A DNA stretch of 64,000 bases from an uncultured Candidatus Saccharibacteria bacterium (GCA_964398775.1 CAYNND010000006.1:3890-67889); one strand, 5' to 3'. Counted from the stretch's first letter, positions 45,336 through 55,913 are shown. The notes: generated by a model not told the origin, from the sequence alone. Numbers and translations are program-made.

Positions 45336-45884
45336 ATGTGTGTGGCATATCATACGTACACAACACGTTCCTACATACTGAGTGCTGGGCAATATAGCGA
45401 ACACGACGCACTCTATACGTGCATCACTGATGAGTTTGGTGTGCTCCGTGCGCGCGCTACAGGCGTACGTAAAGAGGATTCTAAATTGCGCTACTCGCTC
45501 CAAGTGGGCGCTTGTGTATCACTTTCGCTTGTACAAGGAAGGGCTGGGTGGCGCATCACCGGTGCGGTACTCATACACGAGCCATCAAGAGCAACCATTA
45601 CGCTGTTTGCTCGCCTTGGGAAATTAGCTGAGCGGCTCGTCCATGGACAGGAACGTAATGATGCACTCTTTGAAATATTTACTGCATGTAGGCAGGCGCA
45701 GGATGTGCGAAGTAGTGAACTCCTATTAGTCATACAGATGCTGGTTTCACTCGGCTATATACCGCCGTACATTATTGAAGGTATATTAGAAAAGCCTGAA
45801 ACGGAGCGTATCGCGTACATTGAGTCGCACCGCCCCATCTTATTGAAGACAGTAAACAATGCGCTCAACGCGAGCCATCTGTGA
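45336..45884 (+). CDS. possible DNA repair protein RecO (start uncertain)
   Basis: OB-fold-like N-terminus (SYILSAGQYSEHDALYTCITDEFGVLRARATGVRKEDSKLRYSL) and a helical C-terminus (LLLVIQMLVSLGYIP). No Zn-finger Cys. Weak. Confidence 0.35.
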   Translation: MCVAYHTYTTRSYILSAGQYSEHDALYTCITDEFGVLRARATGVRKEDSKLRYSLQVGACVSLSLVQGRAGWRITGAVLIHEPSRATITLFARLGKLAERLVHGQERNDALFEIFTACRQAQDVRSSELLLVIQMLVSLGYIPPYIIEGILEKPETERIAYIESHRPILLKTVNNALNASHL

Positions 45885-45927
45885 ACACAGGAGATAGGGG
45901 AGCGCGTTTCGTTGCTATACTACGAGT

Positions 45928-47886
45928 ATGCAGGATGACCTTCGGGGTGACCTCAACAATCAGTATGCAAATGCTGAATCGAAAACCAAAGCAGAGCACT
46001 TGAAAGAGCGGCTCTACTCGCGTGAGACTGAAGGTTTTTTGCCATGGCGTGCGCGAAAGAAGCTGGGGCTCGATAGACCGAAGATAGACACTGACTGGGC
46101 ACAACCGAAAGAACTCCCAATCGATTTCACCCCGAAGAAAACTTCCTCAGCAGGTATCGCAATGTTTTTTGCAGCATCACTCATCTTTCTTATCGTTGCT
46201 GGCGCCTTTGCGCTCAATTATGTACGAACAAGTTCAGCGACCGTCTCTGCGTCTGAAATTGATTTGCAGGTGACAGGCCCACAGACGATTCTTGCGGGAG
46301 AAGTAATAGAGTTGCAGATTGTTGCAGCAAATCGCTCAGAAGGAACGCTTGACCTGACCGACTTAGTGATCGAATACCCAAAAGGTGCGCGCTCTGCTTC
46401 TGATTTCACTCAGGACCTTGTTGCGGATCGTCTCCCGATAGGTCGTCTCTCACCGCGCAGTATCCGTCGCGGTACCATCCGTGCTGTGCTCCTTGGGAAA
46501 GATGGAGACAGGCAGCACATCAAGCTGGCGCTTGAGTATCGCGTGAAAGGCGGTGATGTGATTTATACGAAAGAGACAGAATATACAGTACTACTGACAG
46601 CGGGTGCACTCACCATTGCGGTTGATGCAAACAAAGAGGCGACAACGGGTCAAGAGACCGACCTGGAAGCGACAGTTACTTCGCACGCAGTGACGACGCT
46701 CCATGACGTCCTTTTGAAAGTGCAGTATCCATTTGGCTTTACCCAAACAGAAAGTGCACCGGAGGCAACGGCAGAAGGCATCTGGGAGCTCGGTGACTTT
46801 TTCCCTGGAGAGCAGCGTAAGGTACATATCCGTGGACGCATCGTCGGAGAAGATAACGATAAGCGCATCTTTAAGTTCAGCGCTGGAACGCGTATTAACA
46901 AAGAAAAAGTTGAACTTGAAACACCACTTATCGCATACAACCACTCACTTGCGGTGAAAGACCCATTCCTTGCAACTGAGCTGCTCATCAATGGAGAGCG
47001 ACCAGAATTATTTACCTTTCAGCCAGGAGTGCAGGCGCGTGGCGAGTTAAAGTTTAAAAATGCGCTCACTGTACCGATTACCGGCGCGACTATCGCGGTC
47101 ACACTGGGCGGTACTGCGCTCAACAAAGCGGGAGTGAAAGTGGAGCATGGATTTTATCGCTCTACCGACAGTATCATTTTGTGGGACCAGCAAAGCAGTG
47201 AGCAGTTGAAGAGCATGACGCCGGGGAAATCAGGAACATTGAACTTCACCATCCAGACACTTCCAGAGGAAGAGTTGCAGCACGTCGACAACCCATCGGT
47301 CACTTTTGATTTGCATGCGGCTGGACGACGCTTGACCGAAAAAGGAGTGCCGGAAAACATGCAGGCAACATCAAGCCATGTTGCAAAGGTGGGAACAAAA
47401 GTCACTCTGACTGCTGAAGGTAAGTACTTCACGTCACCATTTCCAAAGCGAGGACCACTACCGCCACGTGTTGAAGTCGAGACTATTTATGGCATTACGT
47501 TTGAGTTGAAAAATACAAGTAACCGTGTCGAAAACGCAGAGGTAACAGCTATCTTGCCACCAAATATACGTTGGACGGGAGTGCGCACTCCTGCTGCAGA
47601 AAATATTGTCTTTGATGACCGTCTCAACACTATTACATGGCATGTTGATTCCCTTATTTCCGGTGCAGGAGTTGCGGGTGAACCGTCACGCAGTGTTTCT
47701 TTTGCTATCGGACTGGTGCCAAGTGCGAGTCAGTTGAATGAAGAACCAGATCTTGTCCGCAGCATTCGCTTCAAGGGAGTCGATACATTTACTGGTGACC
47801 CTATCGACCAATCTATCACCAACGTCAACACACGCCTCACCGAAGATGGCTTCAATGAAAAATATGCTGATGTGGTACAACAGTAG
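45928..47886 (+). CDS. hypothetical N-terminally membrane-anchored large extracytoplasmic protein
   Basis: 652 aa. One TM (GIAMFFAASLIFLIVAGAFAL), then beta-rich repeats. Confidence 0.5.
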   Translation: MQDDLRGDLNNQYANAESKTKAEHLKERLYSRETEGFLPWRARKKLGLDRPKIDTDWAQPKELPIDFTPKKTSSAGIAMFFAASLIFLIVAGAFALNYVRTSSATVSASEIDLQVTGPQTILAGEVIELQIVAANRSEGTLDLTDLVIEYPKGARSASDFTQDLVADRLPIGRLSPRSIRRGTIRAVLLGKDGDRQHIKLALEYRVKGGDVIYTKETEYTVLLTAGALTIAVDANKEATTGQETDLEATVTSHAVTTLHDVLLKVQYPFGFTQTESAPEATAEGIWELGDFFPGEQRKVHIRGRIVGEDNDKRIFKFSAGTRINKEKVELETPLIAYNHSLAVKDPFLATELLINGERPELFTFQPGVQARGELKFKNALTVPITGATIAVTLGGTALNKAGVKVEHGFYRSTDSIILWDQQSSEQLKSMTPGKSGTLNFTIQTLPEEELQHVDNPSVTFDLHAAGRRLTEKGVPENMQATSSHVAKVGTKVTLTAEGKYFTSPFPKRGPLPPRVEVETIYGITFELKNTSNRVENAEVTAILPPNIRWTGVRTPAAENIVFDDRLNTITWHVDSLISGAGVAGEPSRSVSFAIGLVPSASQLNEEPDLVRSIRFKGVDTFTGDPIDQSITNVNTRLTEDGFNEKYADVVQQ

Positions 47887-47937
47887 TCTCTACAGGAGGA
47901 ACTAGATTCATAGATAAAACTATGCGACCATGGACAG

Positions 47938-48780
47938 ATGCATCCAGCTCCAGCTCCATCTTCATTTAAAAAAAAGATTATTATTGTTGCGCTCGTACTA
48001 CTCTCCTTTGGGATAGCACTTCTCGGGGCGACGGGGGAGACGGGCACATCTGCACTCGGTAAGTCGTGCAACGTTTCTGTTGTGCGCATCACAGGCTCGA
48101 TGGCAGTCTCACGGAAAGATGCGACGATTACTGTTCCTGCTGAAGGCGAGAGTTCACAATACACACCAGTTACATATGCGGATACTGTCGTCGAGCTGAT
48201 TGAGGCTGCGGAAGCAGATGATGACATGAAAGCGATACTCTATATTGTAAACTCAGATGGTGGTACGACGGTATCAGGTGAGTACATAGCAAACGCTATT
48301 ACCAGAAGCACAAAGCCAAACGTCGCGGTGATTCTCGAGCGTTCACTCTCAGCAAGTATGATGGCGATAGCACCAATACAAAAGATTTTCGCATCACCGT
48401 ATTCAAGTGTTGGTTCAATAGGTATCACCATGTCCTATTTCACTGAAGTTGAGAAAAATAAAAAAGAAGGCTATTCATTTGTGAGCCTGACATCAGTGCC
48501 AAGAAAAGATGTCGGTAACCCTGCACTCCCAGCCTCAGAAGATGATTTGAAATACATTCGCTCTATCTTAGAAGAAGACCAGAAGACTCTTGTCACGCAG
48601 GTCGCAGCGGCACGTAAAAAGCCGGTGGAACAGATTCAGGCTGTAGCAGATGGTGGCTACATCAGTGTCAAAAAGGCGCTTGAAGTTGGGCTGGTGGATG
48701 CACTCGGTGACATGACCGATGCAAAGAAGTATCTCACTGAAAAAATAGGGGAGGAGGTAGTACTGTGCGAAGAGCAATAG
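47938..48780 (+). CDS. sppA: signal peptide peptidase SppA (S49 family)
   Basis: N-terminal TM, then VVRITGSMAV...AILYIVNSDGGTTVSG...ILERSLSASMMAIAPIQKIFASPYSSVGSIGI (ClpP/S49 fold). Confidence 0.75.
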   Translation: MHPAPAPSSFKKKIIIVALVLLSFGIALLGATGETGTSALGKSCNVSVVRITGSMAVSRKDATITVPAEGESSQYTPVTYADTVVELIEAAEADDDMKAILYIVNSDGGTTVSGEYIANAITRSTKPNVAVILERSLSASMMAIAPIQKIFASPYSSVGSIGITMSYFTEVEKNKKEGYSFVSLTSVPRKDVGNPALPASEDDLKYIRSILEEDQKTLVTQVAAARKKPVEQIQAVADGGYISVKKALEVGLVDALGDMTDAKKYLTEKIGEEVVLCEEQ

Positions 48781-48831
48781 GATATTTTATACAATGCTTG
48801 CACCTTTTTGTGGCTCTAGTAGAGTACGGGG

Positions 48832-50205
48832 ATGACAACGTCAATGGAAAATATCATCTCACTCTGCAAGCGCAGAGGCTTTATATACCAAGGTTCTGAA
48901 ATATACGGTGGACTTGCTGGGACCTGGGACTATGGGCCACTTGGCGTAGCGCTGAAGAAAAATATTGAAAATCTCTGGTGGAAACGGTTTGTCCTTGACC
49001 GCGAGAATATCTACGGTGTCGATGCGGCGATCCTTATGAACCAAGATGTCTGGAAGGCGAGTGGTCACGTCGGCGGTTTCTCTGACCCGCTCACTGAGGA
49101 TTTGAAGACAAAGAAGCGCTATCGTGCAGATCACCTTCTTGAAGAAAACGGCATCGACCCGCGTGGCATGAACCTCGAGAAGATGGACGCTGTCATCAAG
49201 GAAAAGGGACTCAAGAGTCCCGAAGGAAACCCACTTGGTGATGTGCGTCAGTTCAACATGATGTTCAAGACGCATGCAGGTGCAACACAAGATGATGCAT
49301 CCATCACGTACCTCCGACCTGAGACAGCGGGCGGTATGTTTGTAAATTTTAAAAACATCATAGACTCATTCCACCCGAAATTACCGTTTGGTATGGCGCA
49401 AGTTGGAAAAGCGTTCCGCAATGAAATTGCGCCCCGCGATTTTATATTCCGTGTTCGTGAACTTGAGCAAATGGAGATTGAGTTTTTCGTAAAGCCTGAT
49501 GACTGGAAACCACACTTTGAAAGTTTCCAAAAAGAGCAGGTTGAGTTCCTCACCCAAGACCTCGGTCTGAACCCTTCGCACATCCATCAGGTGGAAATTG
49601 CAGCAGAGGACAGAGCGCACTACTCAAAGTGGTCAGTCGATACTGAGTTCGATTTCCCGATGGGACAGAAGGAGCTCCTTGGTCTTGCGTACCGTACTGA
49701 CTTCGACCTCAAGAGTCACACTGTTGCGAGTAAGGTGGACCTTTCATACTATGATGAGGAGACAAAGGAGCGATTTACACCACACTGTGTAGAGCCTACA
49801 TTCGGTCTCGGTCGTCTTATGCTCGCAGTGCTCTCAGATGCGTATTGTGAGGATGAGCAAAATGGCGAGAAGCGTGTGTACCTCAAGTTTGATAAAAAAG
49901 TTGCACCTGTTAAGGCAGCTGTCTTTCCGCTCCTGAAGAATAAGCCTGAGCTTGTCACAAAAGCACGCGAAGTGTATGGCGCATTGAAGAGACAGATTCC
50001 ACAGGTGATGTGGGATGACAATGGAAATATCGGTAAACGCTACCGACGGCAAGATGAGATAGGGACACCCTATTGTATCACTGTGGATTTTGATACGCTC
50101 GGGGAAAATCCTGAACATGCTGACACTGTCACGGTCCGTGACCGTGATACGGGTAAGCAAGAGCGAGTGCCGATTGCAAAACTAAAAGACTGGATAATAA
50201 ACTAA
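48832..50205 (+). CDS. glyQS: glycyl-tRNA synthetase, alpha2 dimeric type
   Basis: GFIYQGSEIYGGLAGTWDYGPLGVALKKNIENLWW...ETAGGMFVNF...FRNEIAPRDF: class-II motifs of GlyRS. 457 aa. Confidence 0.9.
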   Translation: MTTSMENIISLCKRRGFIYQGSEIYGGLAGTWDYGPLGVALKKNIENLWWKRFVLDRENIYGVDAAILMNQDVWKASGHVGGFSDPLTEDLKTKKRYRADHLLEENGIDPRGMNLEKMDAVIKEKGLKSPEGNPLGDVRQFNMMFKTHAGATQDDASITYLRPETAGGMFVNFKNIIDSFHPKLPFGMAQVGKAFRNEIAPRDFIFRVRELEQMEIEFFVKPDDWKPHFESFQKEQVEFLTQDLGLNPSHIHQVEIAAEDRAHYSKWSVDTEFDFPMGQKELLGLAYRTDFDLKSHTVASKVDLSYYDEETKERFTPHCVEPTFGLGRLMLAVLSDAYCEDEQNGEKRVYLKFDKKVAPVKAAVFPLLKNKPELVTKAREVYGALKRQIPQVMWDDNGNIGKRYRRQDEIGTPYCITVDFDTLGENPEHADTVTVRDRDTGKQERVPIAKLKDWIIN

Positions 50206-50242
50206 ACAATACTTCCCGAATCTGTCAATGTATGTGCAGAAA

Positions 50243-50267
50243 AGAGCGGATGTAAGCCGCTGTTTTT
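50243..50267 (+). terminator. intrinsic terminator after glyQS
   Basis: AGCGGatgtaaGCCGCTgttttt. Confidence 0.45.
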
Positions 50268-50367
50268 CAGTGGTACCCCTGAAGCGGATAGTGAGAGTTG
50301 ACTCTTGACGCAAGGAGGAGCAGGCTTCCGGGCGAAGTAAGCGCAAACAAAGCCTCGGGAGGGGCCC

Positions 50368-50460
50368 ATGATGGCAGACTTCAAGAAACATCCGATTGTC
50401 TCAATTGCAGCGGGGGCAGCACTCGCATTCCTCACAGCGATAGTGTTCAATCTGGTGTGA
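50368..50460 (+). CDS. candidate small hydrophobic peptide (30 aa)
   Basis: MMADFKKHPIVSIAAGAALAFLTAIVFNLV*. Strong SD GGGAGGGG 4-5 nt upstream. Followed by hairpin GGCAGC...GCTGCC. Below the ORF-track length cutoff. Confidence 0.35.
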   Translation: MMADFKKHPIVSIAAGAALAFLTAIVFNLV

Positions 50461-50635
50461 CTGACGGGCAGCATCCATGCGGAGGCTGCCCTGAATTTGT
50501 ATACGGCTGTAAGAAAGTCTGTGCTCCATCGTCTCCACAGTTAGCTCGGGTACGTGAGATGTTCTCATGTACAATGTCGAGATACGTACCCACATGGCGT
50601 ACCAATTTAGTATTCATTAGTTTTACATTCATTAT

Positions 50636-51508
50636 ATGAACAAGCACATACTTATTACAGCCGGCATCATGGTACTTGCAACTGCAGGTATTGCATCAGC
50701 TCAGACCGACACTGGCACACCAACTGCGCAGCCACCACAAAGTGCGCCGACAGTTGCTGCTCCAAACATGCCAGTACCTCCAGTACCACCACCTGCAAAT
50801 GGTAAGGCAAAGAAGCGCATGGAGGAGTTCCAGCAGAACAGACAGCAGCGTCAGGAAGATCGCGGCGAGCGTCGAGAAGATCGTAGAGAAGACCGACAGA
50901 AAGTACAGGAAGTTCGAAAAGACCTTCGTGACGACCGCGGTGAGTTCCGAGAGAAAGTTCGGGAAGGACGCGAGGATATTCGAGAGGAAGGAAAGGCAGT
51001 TCGTGAAGATATGAAGAATAAGATAAAAGCTGCAGAGACACCTGAGGCACGAAAGGCACTCAAAGACGAAATGAAGGACAAGCGAGAAGCACTTCAGGAT
51101 AAACGACAGGAGTTTCGTGGCAAGGTGAAAGAGGAGCGCAAAGAGTTTGTGAAAAAGCATCTTGATATCGCTGGACAACGCTTTGGTGGGGTCATCAACC
51201 AGTTCAACACTATCATTACGAAGTTGAATGAGTATGTTGCCAAGCGAAAGACCGAGGGAGCAAACACTGCAGATGCAGAGGCGGCGATAGCGGCAGCACA
51301 GACTACAGCAGGTACTGCAAAGACTGCGATAGCAAAGGTCAGTGAACTTTCTACGCAAGTTGGTACCGGCCAGGCTGATAAAGAGGGAATCAAGGCCGCA
51401 GTACAGGCAGCAAATGATGCTATCAAGGCAGCACATGCAGCACTCAAGACTGCAGGCGAAAAAGTTCGCGCATTGAAGCCAGCAACGACCACAACGACAA
51501 CACAGTAA
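50636..51508 (+). CDS. secreted Arg/Glu/Asp/Lys-rich repetitive coiled-coil protein
   Basis: Signal peptide MNKHILITAGIMVLATAGIASA. Imperfect repeats of (E/D)DR(G/R)E(R/F)RE(D/K). Ala-rich C-terminus and a TTTTTQ tail. 290 aa. Confidence 0.55.
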   Translation: MNKHILITAGIMVLATAGIASAQTDTGTPTAQPPQSAPTVAAPNMPVPPVPPPANGKAKKRMEEFQQNRQQRQEDRGERREDRREDRQKVQEVRKDLRDDRGEFREKVREGREDIREEGKAVREDMKNKIKAAETPEARKALKDEMKDKREALQDKRQEFRGKVKEERKEFVKKHLDIAGQRFGGVINQFNTIITKLNEYVAKRKTEGANTADAEAAIAAAQTTAGTAKTAIAKVSELSTQVGTGQADKEGIKAAVQAANDAIKAAHAALKTAGEKVRALKPATTTTTTQ

Positions 51509-51568
51509 TATTTACACAGCGTCGCGCTCCGCCTCTAGGCGGAGCGCGTACGTATATTTTCATAACCT

Positions 51569-51889
51569 ATGAACAACCGTATAGTACTTATCGCTGCCGG
51601 CACGCTCATCGTCCTCGGCGTTTTTGCGTTTTTGTTTAACACATTCATGTCTTCTCCGCTTGAGCCCGTCGAGACGACGACTCCTGATACGACAACAGAA
51701 GTGATGCCACAAGAGGCAACATTTGAAGATGGTACTGTCGATACGACAGCACTCATTGGTGGCGAAGCAGAGGGGAAGCCAATAACGAATGTTGCTGAGG
51801 CGGTCCAAGCAATCGACACTATGAACTTTGATGCACTCGATGCACAGCTTGCGGCAGACCTTGCTGATATTGAAGCATCGTTCGAGTAA
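51569..51889 (+). CDS. small membrane-anchored acidic protein
   Basis: TM IVLIAAGTLIVLGVFAFLF, acidic tail. Strong terminator follows at 51906-51934. Confidence 0.45.
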   Translation: MNNRIVLIAAGTLIVLGVFAFLFNTFMSSPLEPVETTTPDTTTEVMPQEATFEDGTVDTTALIGGEAEGKPITNVAEAVQAIDTMNFDALDAQLAADLADIEASFE

Positions 51890-51905
51890 GAACTCGATTC
51901 ATAAA

Positions 51906-51934
51906 CAAAAAGTGCCCTTTCAGGGCACTTTTTG
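51906..51934 (+). terminator. intrinsic terminator
   Basis: aaaaAGTGCCCtttcaGGGCACTttttg. Confidence 0.65.
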
Positions 51935-51952
51935 TACCCACCTTTCTGAGGT

Positions 51953-53017
51953 ATGATGCATAGCATGGATACACCGATGCAGATATCTATTACCTACGGG
52001 ACCATTGTAAAAACGATCCTGACACTGTTGGGGTTGTATGCGCTGTACATGCTCTCAGACCTGGTGTTAGTGGTCATAACGGCAATCGTTATTGCATCAG
52101 CAACTGAGCCAGGTTCACGATGGTTTATGAAGTATGGAATACCGAGGCTCTACTCGGTCATCGCCGTGTACGTGGCATTCATCGGTGTCTTTGTCTCTAT
52201 TGGGTATTTCTTTGTGCCGTCAGTGCTCAATGAGTTCTCGCATATGGTCGCATCACTCTCAAGCCCTACAGCTGCAGAAGCGGTAACCTTCGAGGCGCCA
52301 TTTTTTGGGACAGTATCACTGAGTGAAATCGCGATACAAATCAGAGAAGTATTTAAAGTCGTGTCCGAAAGTCCATTTGAAGCATTGAGTGCAATTTTTG
52401 GTGGCATCACTTCTTTTATTCTCGTAATTGTATTTTCATTTTATTTTGCTGTGCAAGAGCGGGGGATAGAAGACTTTTTGCGCATTGTCACGCCGTTGCG
52501 CTATGAGACATACATTGTCGGCTTGTGGAATCGCACAAAGGACAAGATCGGTCTCTGGATGCAAGGGCAGTTCATACTCGGACTAGTTATTGGTGTCCTC
52601 ACGTTTCTCTGCCTCTCATTACTCCAAGTGCCATACCCAGCACTGCAGTACACACTTGCGCTCGCAGTCATTGCTGGACTTTTCGAGATTATCCCACTTT
52701 TTGGTCCGACACTTTCTGCGATTCCTGCAATTGCTTTTGGGTTCATAGCGGGAGGTTTTCCGCTTGCGCTCATCATTGTCGTGCTCTACTTCATTATCCA
52801 GCAATTTGAAAACCACCTTATTTACCCACTTGTGGTTACAAAGGTGGTCGGTGTGCCACCAGTCATGGTCATCCTCGCACTTGTTATTGGTCTTAAGCTT
52901 GCTGGATTCTTTGGGGTATTGCTTGCTGTCCCGATGGCAGCACTCGTGCAGGAGATCATCTCAGACTGGGACAAGGGAAGACAGCTCGGCAACATACGAC
53001 CAACCTCTAACGCATAA
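51953..53017 (+). CDS. AI-2E family transporter (UPF0118/PerM-like)
   Basis: 8 TM. Conserved C-terminal region ...GLFEIIPLFGPTLSAIPA...IQQFENHLIYPLVV...PPVMVILALVIG. 354 aa. Confidence 0.75.
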   Translation: MMHSMDTPMQISITYGTIVKTILTLLGLYALYMLSDLVLVVITAIVIASATEPGSRWFMKYGIPRLYSVIAVYVAFIGVFVSIGYFFVPSVLNEFSHMVASLSSPTAAEAVTFEAPFFGTVSLSEIAIQIREVFKVVSESPFEALSAIFGGITSFILVIVFSFYFAVQERGIEDFLRIVTPLRYETYIVGLWNRTKDKIGLWMQGQFILGLVIGVLTFLCLSLLQVPYPALQYTLALAVIAGLFEIIPLFGPTLSAIPAIAFGFIAGGFPLALIIVVLYFIIQQFENHLIYPLVVTKVVGVPPVMVILALVIGLKLAGFFGVLLAVPMAALVQEIISDWDKGRQLGNIRPTSNA

Positions 53018-53020
53018 TCA

Positions 53021-54454
53021 ATGAAACATTTCTATATTACAACTACGATTCCATATGTAAACGCAGCACCGCATATTGGTTTTGCACTTGAAATCACTCA
53101 GGCAGATGCAATCGCCCGCTATAAGCGGCTCATGGGATACGATGTTTTTTTCAACTTTGGTTCCGATGAGCATGGGCAAAAGATTTGGCAAAATGCACAA
53201 GACGCTGGTGTTGACCCGCAAGCATATACTGATGAATACGCAGCAAAGTTTCAAGCGCTGAAAGAGAAATTGAACCTTACATATGATGCGTTCATTCGCA
53301 CAACAGACAGTAAGCATAAAGCTGCTGCCCAGGAGATGTGGCGTCGCTGTCTCGCAAAAGGTGACATCTACAAGAAAAACTATGAAGTAAAATACTGTAT
53401 CGGGTGTGAACTCGAAAAGACTGACTCAGAACTTATCGATGGGAAATGCCCACTGCATCCAAACAAGCCACTCGAGTTGCGCAGTGAAGAAAACTATTTC
53501 TTCAAACTCTCTGCATATCAAGACAAGCTTAAGGAGTTGTATACGCGGACAGACTTCGTTGTTCCTGATTTTCGGCTGAACGAAATACGTTCGCTCATCG
53601 ATGGCACCGGGCTGCAAGATTTTTCAATATCACGACTCAAGACAAAAATGCCATGGGGTGTTCCGGTGCCTGATGATGAGTCGCAGGTCATGTATGTCTG
53701 GTTCGATGCGCTGGTCAACTATATTTCTACGCTTGATTGGCCACAGGATGACGCGCGCTTTCGCCACTTCTGGACAGGGACCGCTGACAGTATCCAAGTC
53801 GCAGGGAAGGATCAAGTACGACAACAGGCATGCATGTGGCAAGCGATGCTTATGTCAGCAGAATTGCCACTCACCGGGCAGATATTCATACACGGTTTTA
53901 TCATGGGTGCAGGTGGACAGAAGATGAGCAAGTCATTGGGCAATGTCATCGACCCTATTACGATTGTCGATGAATATGGCGTAGATGCGTTGCGCTACTT
54001 CCTCCTGCGCCACATACACCCCACAGAAGACTCAGAATTCACCATGGAGCTCTTTAAGGAGGCATACACTGCAGGACTCACAAACGGCATCGGTAACCTC
54101 ACAGCGCGTATTATGAAGCTTGCAGAGCAGTATCTGAGTGCTCCGATAGAACATCCAGCGCCTGCAGGCTTTCCAGCTGAATTTACTACTGCACTCGAGC
54201 AATATCAGTTTAACGCTGCGGCTGAGTACGTCTGGGGACGCATTCAGGCACTCGACCAGAAGATTCACACTGAAGAGCCGTTCAAAGTTGTGAAAGTTGA
54301 TGCGGCTCGTGGTGCGGAGATGATTGCTGGACTTGCACGTGAGCTCTACGCTATTGCGCGACTTTTGCAGCCATTACTGCCGCAGACAAGCGATACGATT
54401 AAGGCAGCAGTACTCGCAAATAAGAAGCCAGAGAATATGTTCCCACGTAAATAG
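53021..54454 (+). CDS. metG: methionyl-tRNA synthetase
   Basis: [12 protein letters not shown] (HIGH), [12 protein letters not shown], and a CxxC...C pair in the connective peptide. 477 aa. Confidence 0.9.
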   Translation: MKHFYITTTIPYVNAAPHIGFALEITQADAIARYKRLMGYDVFFNFGSDEHGQKIWQNAQDAGVDPQAYTDEYAAKFQALKEKLNLTYDAFIRTTDSKHKAAAQEMWRRCLAKGDIYKKNYEVKYCIGCELEKTDSELIDGKCPLHPNKPLELRSEENYFFKLSAYQDKLKELYTRTDFVVPDFRLNEIRSLIDGTGLQDFSISRLKTKMPWGVPVPDDESQVMYVWFDALVNYISTLDWPQDDARFRHFWTGTADSIQVAGKDQVRQQACMWQAMLMSAELPLTGQIFIHGFIMGAGGQKMSKSLGNVIDPITIVDEYGVDALRYFLLRHIHPTEDSEFTMELFKEAYTAGLTNGIGNLTARIMKLAEQYLSAPIEHPAPAGFPAEFTTALEQYQFNAAAEYVWGRIQALDQKIHTEEPFKVVKVDAARGAEMIAGLARELYAIARLLQPLLPQTSDTIKAAVLANKKPENMFPRK

Positions 54455-54461
54455 AACACCT

Positions 54462-55271
54462 ATGATTCAACCAAACTATTTTGATACGCACAGTCACATC
54501 CATTTTCCGCAATTTGATGCGGATAGGGCAGATGTGATTGAGCGCATGCAGCATGCCGGTGTCTGGACAGTGCTTGTTGCAACAAACGACGCGACATCGC
54601 GTTCAGCGATAGCGCTTGCTGAAAAATATTCATTCATGTTTGCAACGATTGGAGTGCATCCGACAGAGTTTGAGACATTTACAAAGACACACTATGAGGC
54701 ACTCGCTAAAAAGACAAAAGTGGTCGCAATAGGTGAGTGTGGGCTCGACTATTTCAGGAAAGACATCACAAACGAGTACATCACCGAACCGAAGCGTCAG
54801 CAAGACTTGTTTGAGTCACAGATTCGATTTGCACTTGAACATGAGAAGCCGCTCATGATGCACATTCGACCCTCATCTGGCTCTACAAACGCGCATGACG
54901 ATGCTCTGGCAATTCTTGAGCGCTATAGTAAAGAGTATGGTGAGAAGCTCCGCGGCACAGCACACTTTTTCACCTCTACTCCTGAGATGGCGAAGCGATA
55001 CCTTGAGCTTGGGTTTCATATTTCTATCCCGGGTGTTATTACCTTTGATAAGGACCTTGAGGAGACGGTGCGATATGCACCCATTGAACGTATTTTGTCC
55101 GAAACAGACTCTCCGTACGCTGCCCCTGAACCACACCGCGGTAAGCGTAATGAGCCAGTCTATGTGCAGCAGGTTGTACACGCAGTCGCGCGCATAAAAA
55201 AAATGACCGATGAAAAGACTCGTATGCAGCTGTTCGTCAATGCTGCGCGGCTCTTTGGTGTAACACTCTAG
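54462..55271 (+). CDS. tatD: TatD-family metal-dependent DNase/hydrolase
   Basis: FDTHSHIHF...IGECGLDYF...ETDSPYAAPEPHRGKRNEP. Start moved to the internal Met after the metG stop. Confidence 0.8.
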   Translation: MIQPNYFDTHSHIHFPQFDADRADVIERMQHAGVWTVLVATNDATSRSAIALAEKYSFMFATIGVHPTEFETFTKTHYEALAKKTKVVAIGECGLDYFRKDITNEYITEPKRQQDLFESQIRFALEHEKPLMMHIRPSSGSTNAHDDALAILERYSKEYGEKLRGTAHFFTSTPEMAKRYLELGFHISIPGVITFDKDLEETVRYAPIERILSETDSPYAAPEPHRGKRNEPVYVQQVVHAVARIKKMTDEKTRMQLFVNAARLFGVTL

Positions 55272-55388
55272 GAGCCTTACAGAGCGGCAGTTTGTAGAAT
55301 CTACGCCACTATGGTAGAGTGCCCGGCATTGCACGCCTCCACGCGCGCAATCGCACTTTCGGGTGCGTTTATAGGTTAATAAGTCACA

Positions 55389-55913
55389 ATGACGGAAGAC
55401 ACAACTCTTTCGTCTGAGGCTGAGGCGCAAGCTTCAGTATCGGATGAGCGCCGAGTTTACGAACTTGGCTACCTTATGGTATCCACGCTCTCTGAGGCAG
55501 AACGCGAGACAGTACTCGCGGATTTGCGCACAGAGGTGAGTAACCATGGAGGCACTTTTATTAGCGAAGGAGCACCGGTAGAGCATACACTTGCCTACAC
55601 GATGTTCACTCGCGACCGAGAGAAGAATGTTGCTCACGAGCAAGCATTTTTCGGGTGGATTAAGTGTGAGATTCCTGCAGCAGCTGCTGAGACAATCGCA
55701 GCATATGCACGAGCGCACAAGAAACTGATTCGCTCACTCTTCTTCAAGACAGTAAAGGAAGATACACGTGCAAATATCATCCCGGGGACACTCAAGGATG
55801 TGAAGCGCACAGGTACTATCAGTACTGGTCCTCGCACTGAAGAAGATAAGAAAGAGGTTTCAGAGGCAGAACTCGACAAAACTGTCGATAGTATCGTCGC
55901 TGACCTCGTCTAA
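55389..55913 (+). CDS. rpsF: 30S ribosomal protein S6 with N- and C-terminal extensions
   Basis: Position first in an rpsF-ssb-rpsR arrangement. Core RVYELGYLMVSTLSEAE...EHTLAYTM...SLFFKT is S6-like. 174 aa. Confidence 0.65.
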   Translation: MTEDTTLSSEAEAQASVSDERRVYELGYLMVSTLSEAERETVLADLRTEVSNHGGTFISEGAPVEHTLAYTMFTRDREKNVAHEQAFFGWIKCEIPAAAAETIAAYARAHKKLIRSLFFKTVKEDTRANIIPGTLKDVKRTGTISTGPRTEEDKKEVSEAELDKTVDSIVADLV

